From positions 28,240 through 92,239 of the forward strand of contig CAZLKF010000002.1 of the NCBI GenBank assembly GCA_964560085.1: 64,000 nucleotides of DNA, read 5' to 3'. The translations under genes were made by a program, and so were the position numbers. Numbering within the stretch: position 1 is the stretch's first letter; every line of letters begins with the position of its first letter. The stretch is from an uncultured Muribaculaceae bacterium. Its GTDB lineage: Bacteria; Bacillota_I; Bacilli_A; RF39; UBA660. Below the pieces are notes generated by a model. That model did not search any database and was not told the origin of the DNA. It worked only from the letters and a program-made list of their open reading frames with translations. Of the stretch, positions 1-9,604 are shown one piece after another.

Positions 1-49
1 AATATCCTCAACCTTTTTAGTTGCTTTTTCTTGTTTTAATGTAGCAGGT

Positions 50-409
50 TTATTTTCCAATGATTTTTTTGCAATTTCAACTAATGCTGTGAAAGCTGTT
101 GGATTATCAATTGCTAATTCGCTTAACATTTTGCGATTAAACTCAACACCTGCTTTTGCTAAACCATTAATAAATTTAGAATAACTAATTTCATTTTGAC
201 GGCAAGCTGCATTGATTCTTGTAATCCATAATTTACGGAAATCTCTTTTCTTTTGCTTTCTATCTCTATAAGCATATTTTCCTGAATGCATTACTTGTTC
301 AGCAGCAGTTTTATAAAGTCTATGTTTACTACCAAAGTAACCTTTAGCTTGATCAAGTACTTTTTTGCGACGGGCACGATGAATTGTGCCACCTTTTACT
401 CTTGTCATT
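50..409 (-). CDS. rplT: 50S ribosomal protein L20
   Basis: Minus-strand ORF absent from the ORF track. It starts ATG ACA AGA GTA AAA GGT GG (MTRVKGG) behind AGGGAGGGAAG, ends at TAA 50-52, and is about 119 aa. Confidence 0.85.
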
Positions 410-421
410 TTACTTCCCTCC

Positions 422-616
422 CTATTTGTTTAAAACGTTCTTTAATCTGCTCATATCAGATTTGCTCATATTTGAAGCAGATCTTGTCTTACGATTAAAT
501 GCAGCGTTCTTCTTTCCTGAATTATGTCTTGAACCAGGCATACCGATTTTTACAGTTCCACCTGGACGAACATTTGCAACTTTTGCTGTTCCCTTATGTG
601 TTTTAATTTTTGGCAT
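422..616 (-). CDS. rpmI: 50S ribosomal protein L35
   Basis: 64 aa basic protein beginning MPKIKTHKG, a typical L35 N-terminus, sitting between infC and rplT. Confidence 0.85.
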   Translation of the reverse strand: MPKIKTHKGTAKVANVRPGGTVKIGMPGSRHNSGKKNAAFNRKTRSASNMSKSDMSRLKNVLNK

Positions 617-627
617 ATATATTCCTC

Positions 628-1158
628 CTATTTTTCTTTTTTGGGTGCTAAAATCATTGTCATGTATCTACCATCTAATGATGGTCTTAATTCGATATCT
701 GAAAATTCAGATAAAGCATTTGCAAAGCGAAGTAAAACTTCTCGTCCCAATTCTGGGTGAGCCATTTCACGGCCTTTAAATTTGATTGATGCCTTAATCT
801 TATGTCCTTTTATTAAATATTTGCTAGAATTTGTTACCCTTGTATTAAAATCATGGACATCAATTGTAACTGACAAACGATATTCTTTCATTTCAAGATT
901 AGTTTCGCGTTGTTTTTTGAAATTCTCTTTTTGTCTTTTCTTGCTTTCATATTTAAATTTGTTATAATCCATTATTTTACATACTGGTGGATTAGCTGTT
1001 GGACTGATTAAGACTAAATCAAAGCCAGCATAGGTTGATAAAGTTAAGGCATCCTTGATATTTTTGACACCTAATTGTTCACCATTTGGACCTATGACCA
1101 TTACTTCTCTTGCGTGGATTTGTTCATTAATGTACAAATCTCTTTCTTTACTAGCGAT
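628..1158 (-). CDS. infC: translation initiation factor IF-3
   Basis: The ...INEQIHAREVMVIGPNGEQLGV... core matches the IF3 family. The ORF-track N-terminus (to 1242) is an artefact. The likely start is an in-frame ATC at 1156-1158, 7 nt after GGAGGTG; IF3 genes classically use AUU/AUC-type starts. Confidence 0.8.
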   Translation of the reverse strand: MASKERDLYINEQIHAREVMVIGPNGEQLGVKNIKDALTLSTYAGFDLVLISPTANPPVCKIMDYNKFKYESKKRQKENFKKQRETNLEMKEYRLSVTIDVHDFNTRVTNSSKYLIKGHKIKASIKFKGREMAHPELGREVLLRFANALSEFSDIELRPSLDGRYMTMILAPKKEK

Positions 1159-1295
1159 AAATTGACACCTCCAAATAAAAAGTGAATGCGAGACGCATCC
1201 ACTATAAAAACCAAATAATACTTCTATCGGCTTTAAACCCAAAGACTTAAGTCAATCGGGTGAGAAGTGGATACTTCTTCTTTCCTTTTTAATAC
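1159..1295 (-). ncRNA. L20-type ribosomal leader with intrinsic attenuator upstream of infC
   Basis: About 135 nt 5' UTR. It has a 9 bp hairpin (GUGGAUGCG ucu CGCAUUCAC, plus coords 1182-1202) followed by UUUUUAUUU just before the infC RBS, an architecture like the Bacillus infC-rpmI-rplT L20 autoregulatory leader. Confidence 0.45.
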
Positions 1296-1301
1296 ATATG
1301 T

Positions 1302-1330
1302 ATTATAAGCAATATTATGTTTCTTGTCAA
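1302..1330 (-). promoter_or_regulatory. sigma-A promoter for the infC-rpmI-rplT operon
   Basis: Minus strand reads TTGACA, a 17 nt spacer, then TATAAT. That is a perfect consensus (-35 at 1325-1330, -10 at 1302-1307). Confidence 0.55.
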
Positions 1331-1399
1331 CCTTTTATTTAAATAATTGCAGAATTTCTATTATTCTTGTATAATAATTTTATTGAAGGAGGCTTAGAA

Positions 1400-1762
1400 A
1401 TGGATTGCTTATTTTGCAAAATTATTAATGGTGAAATTCCAGCATATAAAATATATGAAGATGATATCGTTTTTGCTTTTTTGGACGTTAATCCTCATGG
1501 AAACGGTCATACATTAATAGTACCTAAAAAGCACTATGACGATTGCTTAGAAATTGATAACGATTTATTAATTCATATGTTTAGTGTAGGCAAAAAAATT
1601 CACAAAACTTTAGAAAATAAACTTCATTGTGATGGTATTACATATCTTCATAATTATGGTAATGTTCAAGCTATTAAGCATTATCACTTACATTTAATTC
1701 CTCGTTATGAAAAAGAAGAAAAACTTGCAATTGAAGAAGTATATCAATTGTTAAATAATTAG
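1400..1762 (+). CDS. HIT family (histidine triad) nucleotide hydrolase
   Basis: HIT motif HYHLHLIP near the C-terminus. Start ATG 1400 (MDCLFCKII) follows GAAGGAGG; the ORF-track start 1367 lacks an RBS. Confidence 0.8.
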   Translation: MDCLFCKIINGEIPAYKIYEDDIVFAFLDVNPHGNGHTLIVPKKHYDDCLEIDNDLLIHMFSVGKKIHKTLENKLHCDGITYLHNYGNVQAIKHYHLHLIPRYEKEEKLAIEEVYQLLNN

Positions 1763-1774
1763 ATTGGAGTTTAT

Positions 1775-2302
1775 ATGGAATTTAATTTGGTTGCTACCAT
1801 TAGCATAATAATTGGGTTAATAGCTTGTTTTTTTGGATTCAGTTTGCGAAAAATAGTTGTTGTTATTGCCTGGATTTTAATGGGATACACTATTTCCAAA
1901 GGAATTTTAATTAACTATGTAGATGAAAAAGAATTATTAGAAGGAATGTCAATTATAATTGGTCTAATTTTAGGTGTTGTCAGTCATGAATTAGAATTAA
2001 TTAGTATTTTTGTTGCTGCAGGCTTTTTATGTGGAAACTTTGCTTATCAAAATTTAACATTAAATTCACCTGTAAACATAATAATTGCCGTTATTGTTGG
2101 AATTATTGCTGGCGCACTTTCAATAAAGTTAGTTAAACCAATTTTGATTATCGCTACAGCAATTGCTGGTGGTGGAGCTATCTCTTCAGGACTGGCTACA
2201 ATGTTTAAAGGAATACCTAATTATGGTATATTAATAATTGAAATTGTATTTATTACTCTTGGTATTTTATTTCAATTTAAGGGTAATAAAGGAGAAAATT
2301 AA
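1775..2302 (+). CDS. small integral membrane protein with three internal repeats (sIIIGLI.G)
   Basis: 175 aa, strongly hydrophobic, four or more predicted TM helices. It is likely co-transcribed with the HIT gene. Confidence 0.5.
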   Translation: MEFNLVATISIIIGLIACFFGFSLRKIVVVIAWILMGYTISKGILINYVDEKELLEGMSIIIGLILGVVSHELELISIFVAAGFLCGNFAYQNLTLNSPVNIIIAVIVGIIAGALSIKLVKPILIIATAIAGGGAISSGLATMFKGIPNYGILIIEIVFITLGILFQFKGNKGEN

Positions 2303-2329
2303 AACTCTCTTTCGAGAGCTTTTTTATTA

Positions 2330-3832
2330 CTATTTTTTAATTAATGATTTTCCAGTCATCTCAACTGGTTTTTCTATATCCATAAGTTCTAAAATTGTTG
2401 GGGCAATATCTGATAAGGCCCCTGTATTTAATAATTGAGCTTTGCTATTAAAAATAATTAAAGGAACTAAGTTTGTTGTATGTGCTGTCAAAATATTATT
2501 ATCATCATCCAACATCTCTTCGCAATTGCCATGATCAGCAGTTACAATCATTGCTCCGTTTAATTCTTTAACTTTTGTAATTATTTTCCCTAAGCATTCA
2601 TCCATTGCTTCAATTGCTTTTATAGCTGCATCATATACACCAGTATGTCCGACCATATCACCATTAGCAAAATTTAAGATCACTAAATCAAAATCATTTA
2701 AATTTTCTAACACTTTGTCAGTAACTTCATAAACACTCATTTCAGGTTTTAAATCATATGTTGTTACTTTGGGTGATGGCACTAAAATTCTTTTGCAGCC
2801 TTCTAAATCTTTATCCAATCCACCATCAAAGAAATAAGTTACATGTGCATATTTTTCGGTTTCAGCAATTCGTAATTGCTTAAACCCTAGTTTACTAACA
2901 TATTCACCTAAAGTATTATCTAAAGTTGCAAGTTTGAAAGCATTAGTTGTAATCACATCATCGCTCACTTTCATCATCGTAACCAATTTAATATTGTTTA
3001 ACCTCTTTGCAGGAAATTCATTAAAAGATGGATTGGTGATGCTGTAAAATAGTTCTCTTAAGCGATCAGGTCGATAATTAAAGACAATTAAGCCATCATT
3101 ATCATCTATTGTCCCACTATTATCTAAAACTGTTGGCACAATAAATTCATCTGTCACATTATTTGCATAATTATTGTCAATTACTTCTTTATATGAATTT
3201 GCATGAACTCCAAAACCATTTACAATTGCGTCATAAGCAACTTTTATTCTTTCCCAACGATTATCACGATCCATTGCATAAAAACGACCAGAAATAGTTG
3301 CAATGGTTCCAATTTTTGTTTCAAGTATTTTGGCATTCAATTGTTCAAAAAATTGCATAGAAGAATGAGGTAATGTATCTCTACCATCTGTAAAAAGATG
3401 ATAATACACATCTTTTACTTCTTCTTTTTTACACAATTCAATAATTGCTAATAAGTGATTAATAGTTGAATGAATCCCACCATCACTTAAGAGACCAAAA
3501 ATATGCAATTTTGAATTGTTGATTTTAACATGATTTATTACATTCAATAATTGTTCATTTTGAAAAAATTCACCATTCTTTATTTTGGCATTAATTAATT
3601 CTAATGGTTGATATACTACTCTACCTGCACCAATATTTAAATGACCAACTTCTGAATTTCCCATTTGACCAGCTGGTAAGCCTACTGGTTCACCGCTTGC
3701 AGTTAAAGTTGTATGAGGATAATTATTCCATATATAATTAAAATTAGGTTTATTTGCATTAGCAAAAGCATTCCCTTTCACTTTTTCGCTTAAGCCAACT
3801 CCATCTAAAATTGTTAATACTACTGGTTTCAT
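2330..3832 (-). CDS. gpmI: 2,3-bisphosphoglycerate-independent phosphoglycerate mutase
   Basis: 500 aa carrying the iPGM signatures (MKPVVL.ILDG.G, NSEVGHLNIGAGR, ADHGN). Confidence 0.9.
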   Translation of the reverse strand: MKPVVLTILDGVGLSEKVKGNAFANANKPNFNYIWNNYPHTTLTASGEPVGLPAGQMGNSEVGHLNIGAGRVVYQPLELINAKIKNGEFFQNEQLLNVINHVKINNSKLHIFGLLSDGGIHSTINHLLAIIELCKKEEVKDVYYHLFTDGRDTLPHSSMQFFEQLNAKILETKIGTIATISGRFYAMDRDNRWERIKVAYDAIVNGFGVHANSYKEVIDNNYANNVTDEFIVPTVLDNSGTIDDNDGLIVFNYRPDRLRELFYSITNPSFNEFPAKRLNNIKLVTMMKVSDDVITTNAFKLATLDNTLGEYVSKLGFKQLRIAETEKYAHVTYFFDGGLDKDLEGCKRILVPSPKVTTYDLKPEMSVYEVTDKVLENLNDFDLVILNFANGDMVGHTGVYDAAIKAIEAMDECLGKIITKVKELNGAMIVTADHGNCEEMLDDDNNILTAHTTNLVPLIIFNSKAQLLNTGALSDIAPTILELMDIEKPVEMTGKSLIKK

Positions 3833-3836
3833 AAAC

Positions 3837-4706
3837 TCATCTTCCTTCTATTTTTAAACCAAGTCTTTTCACATCATCAGGAATATTCCTTGTTACAGTT
3901 AAACCATTTTTCAAAATACCAAAATTAAACTTATGATAACTGCGAGCTTCGCCATCTAAATTAGCTGAAATAGCATTTGGTATTATAGCTGTGAAATCTA
4001 AATTAGTAATCATTTCTTTCAAGATTTCTGGTTCTGCTTCATGTTGACCTTTTAATACTTTTAATAATAATTTTAGTAATTTTAATCTTGTTACTTCATT
4101 CAATTGATATGCATCTAAAAGGCCATCATTAATTATAGCATTTGGAGCTATTTTAATGCCATTACCATAGTAGCGTCCATTACAAACTGCTAATAGAGTT
4201 ATTTTTTCAAGTGAATAACCTTTTTCAATAATTTGAAAATTTTGCTCTTTTAAGAATTCTCTAATGATTGCTCGTGGATATGGTAAAAATTTAGCAAAAT
4301 GGCGATTTTTTTCAAGAGTTTCAATTACATTAGCATCAAAACCAACTGATGCAATATTTAAGAAATATTCCTGATTCATTATTCCAACATCTATGGTTGC
4401 TGTATCTTCAATTTTACTTTCTTTCAATGTCTTGTAAAAATCATTACCACTTCCAACCGGAATAACTCCCAATATAGCCTTTGATCCAATAATTCCGTTT
4501 GCCACATTATTAAGTGTTCCATCACCACCGACAGCATAAATAATCATCGGTTCTTCTTTATGACTTTCAACCATACTTATTCTAGTAGTTTCCATTGTTG
4601 ACCCCGGAACTAATATTTTTCTATTATCTTTCTTTTTTAAACCGGATAAAACTTTCAAAGATTTCCCATTTCCAGCATAAGGATTTATTATAAATACTTC
4701 TTTCAT
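3837..4706 (-). CDS. lipid kinase, YegS/BmrU/DagK family
   Basis: DAG-kinase catalytic-domain motifs (IINP.AG.GK, AVGGDGTLN), 289 aa. Confidence 0.75.
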   Translation of the reverse strand: MKEVFIINPYAGNGKSLKVLSGLKKKDNRKILVPGSTMETTRISMVESHKEEPMIIYAVGGDGTLNNVANGIIGSKAILGVIPVGSGNDFYKTLKESKIEDTATIDVGIMNQEYFLNIASVGFDANVIETLEKNRHFAKFLPYPRAIIREFLKEQNFQIIEKGYSLEKITLLAVCNGRYYGNGIKIAPNAIINDGLLDAYQLNEVTRLKLLKLLLKVLKGQHEAEPEILKEMITNLDFTAIIPNAISANLDGEARSYHKFNFGILKNGLTVTRNIPDDVKRLGLKIEGR

Positions 4707-4772
4707 ATTATCCCCCTAGTTAATTTTAACATAAAAGATATATTTTTAAAATAAAAAGTTAAAACTATTGTT

Positions 4773-5540
4773 CTAACTTTTCACTTTATGAAATTCTAAT
4801 CTCAACTTATCAGCAATGGTAACAATGAATTCGGAATTAGTAGGTTTAGCTTTGTCTATATCAACACTATGACCAAATATTTCTTCCATCAGATTCCAGC
4901 TTCCACGATTCCAGCTCACTTCAATTGCATGACGGATAGCTCTCTCAACACGTGAAACTGTAGTTGAAAATTTAGATGCTAATTCAGGGTATAATTCTTT
5001 AGTGATGCCACCAATTGTCTCAGGACGCTCATAAATAATACTTATACCTTCTCTAATATATTGATATCCTTTTATATGTGAAGGAATGCCTAATTCGTGT
5101 AAAATTTTAGTAATAGACATATGTAAATTATCGCGCTTAAAATCAATGTTTTTTGTTTCTAAATTCTTCTTTGTAACATCTTGAATTCTTCTTTCTAAAT
5201 CGTCTAAATCAAATGGTTTTAAAATAAAATAATTCACTCCAAATTCTGATACTTGTCTTATAACTTCACTAGCATTATAGCTAGTTGCAACTATGACATT
5301 TTTTTCAATGTTTCTTTTTTTCATTTCCTCTAAAACATAAATTCCGTCTTTTTTTGGCATTATTAAATCAAGAATTATTAAGTCAATTTTATCACCTAAT
5401 TCTTCAATTAATTTTATTCCTTCTTCACCATCATATGCCCAAGAAGTAATTGCTATGTCTTCACTAGTTGCGAAATACTCTTTAATCATTTCTATTAAAT
5501 TTACATTATCATCAATCATCAAAATTTTAGTTTTTTCCAT
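4773..5540 (-). CDS. spo0A: stage 0 sporulation response regulator Spo0A
   Basis: N-terminal receiver domain (D..D....K). The C-terminal Spo0A_C signature [19 protein letters not shown] is diagnostic for Spo0A. Confidence 0.85.
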   Translation of the reverse strand: MEKTKILMIDDNVNLIEMIKEYFATSEDIAITSWAYDGEEGIKLIEELGDKIDLIILDLIMPKKDGIYVLEEMKKRNIEKNVIVATSYNASEVIRQVSEFGVNYFILKPFDLDDLERRIQDVTKKNLETKNIDFKRDNLHMSITKILHELGIPSHIKGYQYIREGISIIYERPETIGGITKELYPELASKFSTTVSRVERAIRHAIEVSWNRGSWNLMEEIFGHSVDIDKAKPTNSEFIVTIADKLRLEFHKVKS

Positions 5541-5612
5541 ATATCCTCCTCATATTACGTTTTCATTATAAATTTTGTAAATGTCGAAATGTGTCATAAA
5601 AATAAAAAGAAG

Positions 5613-6335
5613 CTATTTTTCAACAACTTCTTTCATTTTTAATACTTTCTTATAGTCTAATGATGCTCCACCGATCAAAAAACCATCGACATTATTTATT
5701 TGATTTAATTTCTCAATATTTTTTTCACTGACACTACCTCCATATAGAATGCGAGGTTTTATTTCATAAAGATTTGCAACAATAGTAGAAATAAAATCGA
5801 TTGTTTGTTCAATATCCTCGTTTGTAGGAATTAAACCAGTTCCAATTGACCAAATTGGTTCATAAGCAATGATAACATTTTTTAAATCATCTTTGCTAAC
5901 ATCTTTTAAGCCATTAGTGATTTCTCTTTTTAGTACTCTAGTTGTTCGAAGCATTTCACGCTCTTCTTTGGTTTCACCTATACAAAGAATGACTTTAATT
6001 CCTTCTTTAAGAGAATTCTTAATTTTTCTATTTACTATCAAATCATCTTCGCCTTGTTCACTTCGACGTTCACTATGACCAATTATTGTATATGTACCAC
6101 CAAGACTTTTTAATTGCTGGCAAGAAATTTCTCCTGTATGTGCTCCATTATCATATTCTGATATGTTTTGCAATCCAATTGAATATTCATTGGATATAAA
6201 ATATGGCAAGAATATTGAAGGTGGACAGAAAACAAAAGATGCATTGTTTATTTTTCCTTTGATATTCTCAACATAATCACGAATATCTTTATAATTCAAA
6301 TTCATTTTAAAATTAAAAACCATTAATTTTTTCAT
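5613..6335 (-). CDS. tpiA: triosephosphate isomerase
   Basis: FNFKMN, IIGHSERR and AYEPIWSIGTG motifs. Confidence 0.9.
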   Translation of the reverse strand: MKKLMVFNFKMNLNYKDIRDYVENIKGKINNASFVFCPPSIFLPYFISNEYSIGLQNISEYDNGAHTGEISCQQLKSLGGTYTIIGHSERRSEQGEDDLIVNRKIKNSLKEGIKVILCIGETKEEREMLRTTRVLKREITNGLKDVSKDDLKNVIIAYEPIWSIGTGLIPTNEDIEQTIDFISTIVANLYEIKPRILYGGSVSEKNIEKLNQINNVDGFLIGGASLDYKKVLKMKEVVEK

Positions 6336-7798
6336 CGTCTACCCCTTTTTTGCTCTGTATCGTAGGTTGACTGATAACGTGCTAGGTAAACATTATATTG
6401 TTCAATTGCTCTATCACGTTTTTCAATAAGTGCTTGCACTTTTTTTACTAAACTATTTTTTATATTTGTTAATTCACAAAGTTTCGAATTATATTGATGA
6501 TTTATTTCAGCAACTATTCTTTTCACTTCAATTTCGTAATTGCTTCTATAATTTTTATGCTTAAATTCTTTTTCCTGTGCTTCACTTGTAGCAACAACAT
6601 ATTTTTTGTCCAATTCTTGATAAACTTGATCTTGTCTTAGGATATCATTCTTAATTTTTTCATATTCTTGATTTAAATCATTATGTGATATCAAAAAATT
6701 ATATTTTTCTTGTAAAACCTCGGCATATGTTTTATTAGTTTCTGGATAGTTTGAATAGTATAATTCTCTGTTTGCCCCGCTTTGAACAAATTGCATTTCC
6801 TTGTTATAAAGGGCAACAAAACTATTATAATATTCCAAAAATGCCTGTTGCTTTTGCATTATCAATGGCGTTAAAGTGTTAAAACGATTTTTTAATTCTG
6901 CAAAAATGGCATCAATATTTTGACAAGAGTGTAGATAATCGGCATATAGTTTTCTTTCTCTTTCATTATAAACTTTTTGGACATTATTAGGAAATAACTC
7001 TGTTTCCCATTGTTGATTACTTTTATTAATTTGAGCAGCGTTCTTTTCAATTTCAAAATTAATTTTAGCAATTTTCGTTTTAAAAATTGCTATTTTCTTT
7101 AGGTAAAAATTTTTAATATTTATAAAATCTTGTTCATTGCTAGGTATTTTTTTAAAGACAGCATTCCAACGACTTCTTATCAATTCCCCAAAGCCATATT
7201 GAATTTCTTCTTCAAAATCATCTTCTGCATGATAATGATATTGTCTTTCTTCTGTTTGAGTTTGTTCATAATTTGGCTTAGAATTATATGTCGATTGTCT
7301 ATAATTCGGTCTTGAACCATATGATGATTGTTGTTGATAATAACTTCGTTGTTCTGTATATTGCTGCCTTTCATTATTTTGGTAGTCATTATTATTTGTT
7401 GAACTGTTATTTTGTGCACCTGTAAATTGGCTTTTAAATGCTTCAGTTACATTCGTTTGTTTTGCCTTATTCAAATCAGATGCTAAATTTTGATAGATAC
7501 TATTTATTGCAGCAGTAAATTCTTCAATTTGTTTTTTTAAATTCTCTGATTGTAAAGTATCATACTTATCAGGGTGAATAAAAGTCATTCCTGTTTTATA
7601 TAAAGATTTGAAATTGTAAGTTACAAGATTTAAATTTGTTGCTTTATATTGCGCAATTTTCTCTTTTAAATCAGCCAATTTCTTTAAATCAGCAGCAATC
7701 GTTAATAAATTATTGTAAGTAACAAAATCGGATATTTGTTCTAATAAAAGCATAAATTTTTGAGCATCTTCTTCTAATTTGTAACTTAATTCTGACAT
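6332..7798 (-). CDS. J-domain-like (HPD motif) coiled-coil protein with a Q/N/Y-rich low-complexity tract
   Basis: 488 aa. KSLYKTGMTFIHPDKYD...ENLKKQIEEFTAAINSIY resembles J-domain helices II-III with an HPD loop. Residues around 130-195 are N/Q/Y/S-rich; the rest is predicted coiled coil. It has its own promoter. Confidence 0.5.
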   Translation of the reverse strand: MSELSYKLEEDAQKFMLLLEQISDFVTYNNLLTIAADLKKLADLKEKIAQYKATNLNLVTYNFKSLYKTGMTFIHPDKYDTLQSENLKKQIEEFTAAINSIYQNLASDLNKAKQTNVTEAFKSQFTGAQNNSSTNNNDYQNNERQQYTEQRSYYQQQSSYGSRPNYRQSTYNSKPNYEQTQTEERQYHYHAEDDFEEEIQYGFGELIRSRWNAVFKKIPSNEQDFINIKNFYLKKIAIFKTKIAKINFEIEKNAAQINKSNQQWETELFPNNVQKVYNERERKLYADYLHSCQNIDAIFAELKNRFNTLTPLIMQKQQAFLEYYNSFVALYNKEMQFVQSGANRELYYSNYPETNKTYAEVLQEKYNFLISHNDLNQEYEKIKNDILRQDQVYQELDKKYVVATSEAQEKEFKHKNYRSNYEIEVKRIVAEINHQYNSKLCELTNIKNSLVKKVQALIEKRDRAIEQYNVYLARYQSTYDTEQKRGRR

Positions 7799-7819
7799 AT
7801 ACTCACCTACTCTAATAAG

Positions 7820-7848
7820 ATTCTACCATATATAAGATTTTTTTTCAA
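7820..7848 (-). promoter_or_regulatory. promoter of the J-domain-like gene
   Basis: Minus strand reads TTGAAA, a 17 nt spacer, then TAGAAT, about 25 nt upstream of the AGGTGAG RBS. Confidence 0.4.
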
Positions 7849-7850
7849 TA

Positions 7851-7874
7851 AAAAAGAAGGTTTATTTACCTTCT
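7851..7874 (-). terminator. intrinsic terminator ending the ribosomal alpha operon after rplQ
   Basis: GAAGGU aaauaa ACCUUC followed by UUUUUU; the rplQ stop codon lies inside the stem. Confidence 0.5.
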
Positions 7875-8209
7875 ACAATTTCTAAAATAACCATTAAAGC
7901 GTCATCGCCACGGCGTTCATCTAATTTTAAGATGCGTGTATAGCCTCCATTACGATCACTATATCTAACACTTAAGTCATCAAATACTTTTTTCACAGCT
8001 TCATTATCATTTTCTAAGAAAGCTAGTGCGTTTCTACGAGCAACTAATGTGCCTTTTTTACCATAACTAATCATTTTATCAAAGCAATTTCTTACTTCTT
8101 TAGCACGAGGTTCGGTAGTTTCGATTCTCTCATTCATGATTAAGCTTTTAGTTAAATTAGCTAGCATACTACGACGATGCTTATTAGTTCTACCTAATTT
8201 TCTATACAT
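7862..8209 (-). CDS. rplQ: 50S ribosomal protein L17
   Basis: MYRKLGRT...NERIETTE, the L17 family N-terminus. Confidence 0.9.
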   Translation of the reverse strand: MYRKLGRTNKHRRSMLANLTKSLIMNERIETTEPRAKEVRNCFDKMISYGKKGTLVARRNALAFLENDNEAVKKVFDDLSVRYSDRNGGYTRILKLDERRGDDALMVILEIVEGK

Positions 8210-8220
8210 GAGTTTTCCTC

Positions 8221-9171
8221 CTAATCTTCATCGCGGAATTTAAGCCCCATGTCTTTAATTTTGTCAATGACTTCTTTTAAAGACTTCTTACCTAAATTAC
8301 GAATCTTCATCATTTCTAATTCAGATTTTTCTGTTAAATCACCTAATGTGGCTATTCCTGCTCTTTTTAAGCAATTATAAGCGCGAACTGAGAAATCTAG
8401 ATCATCAATTGATGTTTCTAATTTTTTCTGCTTGCTATCTTCTTGCTTAGCATTCATAATCCCTGTCATATCAGCAATTTCACTAATATTAGTAATTATA
8501 CTTAAATGCTCCATTAAGATTTTTGATCCTAAGGCCATTGCATCTTCAGGACGCATAGAACCATTAGTATAAACATTCATAATCAATTTATCATAATTAG
8601 CATCTTGACCAACACGAGCATTTTCAACTTCATAGTTGATTCTAACAATTGGTGAAAACAAAGCATCAATTGGAATATATCCGATTTTATTATTGTCGGC
8701 ATATTCTGTATTTTCGCCTGCTGGAACATATCCACGGCCATTAGCAATTACTATTTCCATACTTAGCTTTCCACCTTTTGCTAATGTTGCAATAACTTGA
8801 TCTTTATTAACTATCTCTATATCAGAATCACATTCAATGTCAGCAGCTGTAACAACACGTTCTTCTGCAACATTAATATAAACCGTTTTGGCTTCTTCTG
8901 AATGATTTTTTACAACAACATTTTTAAGATTTAAAACTATTGTTGTAACATCTTCAACTATTCCTTCAATTGTTTGGAATTCGTGCATAACACCATCGAT
9001 TTTAATGGCGACGATTGCACTTCCCGGCATGCTTGAAAGCATTACTCTTCTTAAAGCATTACCTAAGGTAATTCCGAACCCTCTTTCTAAAGGTTCAAGT
9101 TCAAATTTTCCATAATTACTATTTTCTACATATTCAGTTATTTTATATGTAGGTTTTTCAAAATTTAACAT
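8221..9171 (-). CDS. rpoA: DNA-directed RNA polymerase alpha subunit
   Basis: FEKP...ERGFGITLGNALRRVLLSS motif. Start ATG 9171 (MLNFEK) follows GGGAGGA; the ORF-track extension to 9231 overlaps rpsK and lacks an RBS. Confidence 0.9.
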   Translation of the reverse strand: MLNFEKPTYKITEYVENSNYGKFELEPLERGFGITLGNALRRVMLSSMPGSAIVAIKIDGVMHEFQTIEGIVEDVTTIVLNLKNVVVKNHSEEAKTVYINVAEERVVTAADIECDSDIEIVNKDQVIATLAKGGKLSMEIVIANGRGYVPAGENTEYADNNKIGYIPIDALFSPIVRINYEVENARVGQDANYDKLIMNVYTNGSMRPEDAMALGSKILMEHLSIITNISEIADMTGIMNAKQEDSKQKKLETSIDDLDFSVRAYNCLKRAGIATLGDLTEKSELEMMKIRNLGKKSLKEVIDKIKDMGLKFRDED

Positions 9172-9196
9172 GTTTCCATCCTCCCTTTTTTTACTA

Positions 9197-9580
9197 TTAG
9201 CCACGTGGACGTTTTGGTGGACGACATCCATTGTGTGGTATAGGTGTTACATCAGAGATGGCAGTTATTTCAAGACCTGCAGTTTGTAGTGAACGAATTG
9301 CTGTTTCACGACCAGATCCTAAGCCTTTTGCATAAACTTCAACTTTACGCATCCCCATATCATATGCTGTTTTGCCAGCTGCTTCAGCAGCCATGCCAGC
9401 AGCAAATGGAGTAGACTTTTTACTTCCTTTAAATCCTAAAGTACCGGCTGAAGCCCAGCTTATTGCATTACCTTCATCATCACAAATAGTAACTATCGTG
9501 TTGTTGAAAGTTGAATGAATGTATGCTTGACCTTGTGGTACATTCTTTTTAACTTTACGTTTTCTTGCTTTATAAGCCAT
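9197..9580 (-). CDS. rpsK: 30S ribosomal protein S11
   Basis: [20 protein letters not shown] and the ...RPPKRPR C-terminus. Confidence 0.9.
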   Translation of the reverse strand: MAYKARKRKVKKNVPQGQAYIHSTFNNTIVTICDDEGNAISWASAGTLGFKGSKKSTPFAAGMAAEAAGKTAYDMGMRKVEVYAKGLGSGRETAIRSLQTAGLEITAISDVTPIPHNGCRPPKRPRG

Positions 9581-9604
9581 TTATATAACCTCCTTTAAAT
9601 TAGA

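Noticed and set aside
628-1242. ORF-track N-terminal extension of infC (MGLKPIEVLF...)
   Set aside because: The extension runs through the attenuator hairpin and U-tract. It has no RBS and does not match IF3. The real start is the AUC at 1158.
7213-7408. Q/N/Y-rich stretch, considered as a DNA-level simple repeat or slipped-strand tract
   Set aside because: There is no nucleotide-level tandem periodicity. The bias is at the amino-acid level only.
9172-9231. 20-codon N-terminal extension of rpoA overlapping rpsK
   Set aside because: A strong RBS (GGGAGGA) precedes the internal ATG at 9171, and the extension has no RBS and overlaps the S11 C-terminus.
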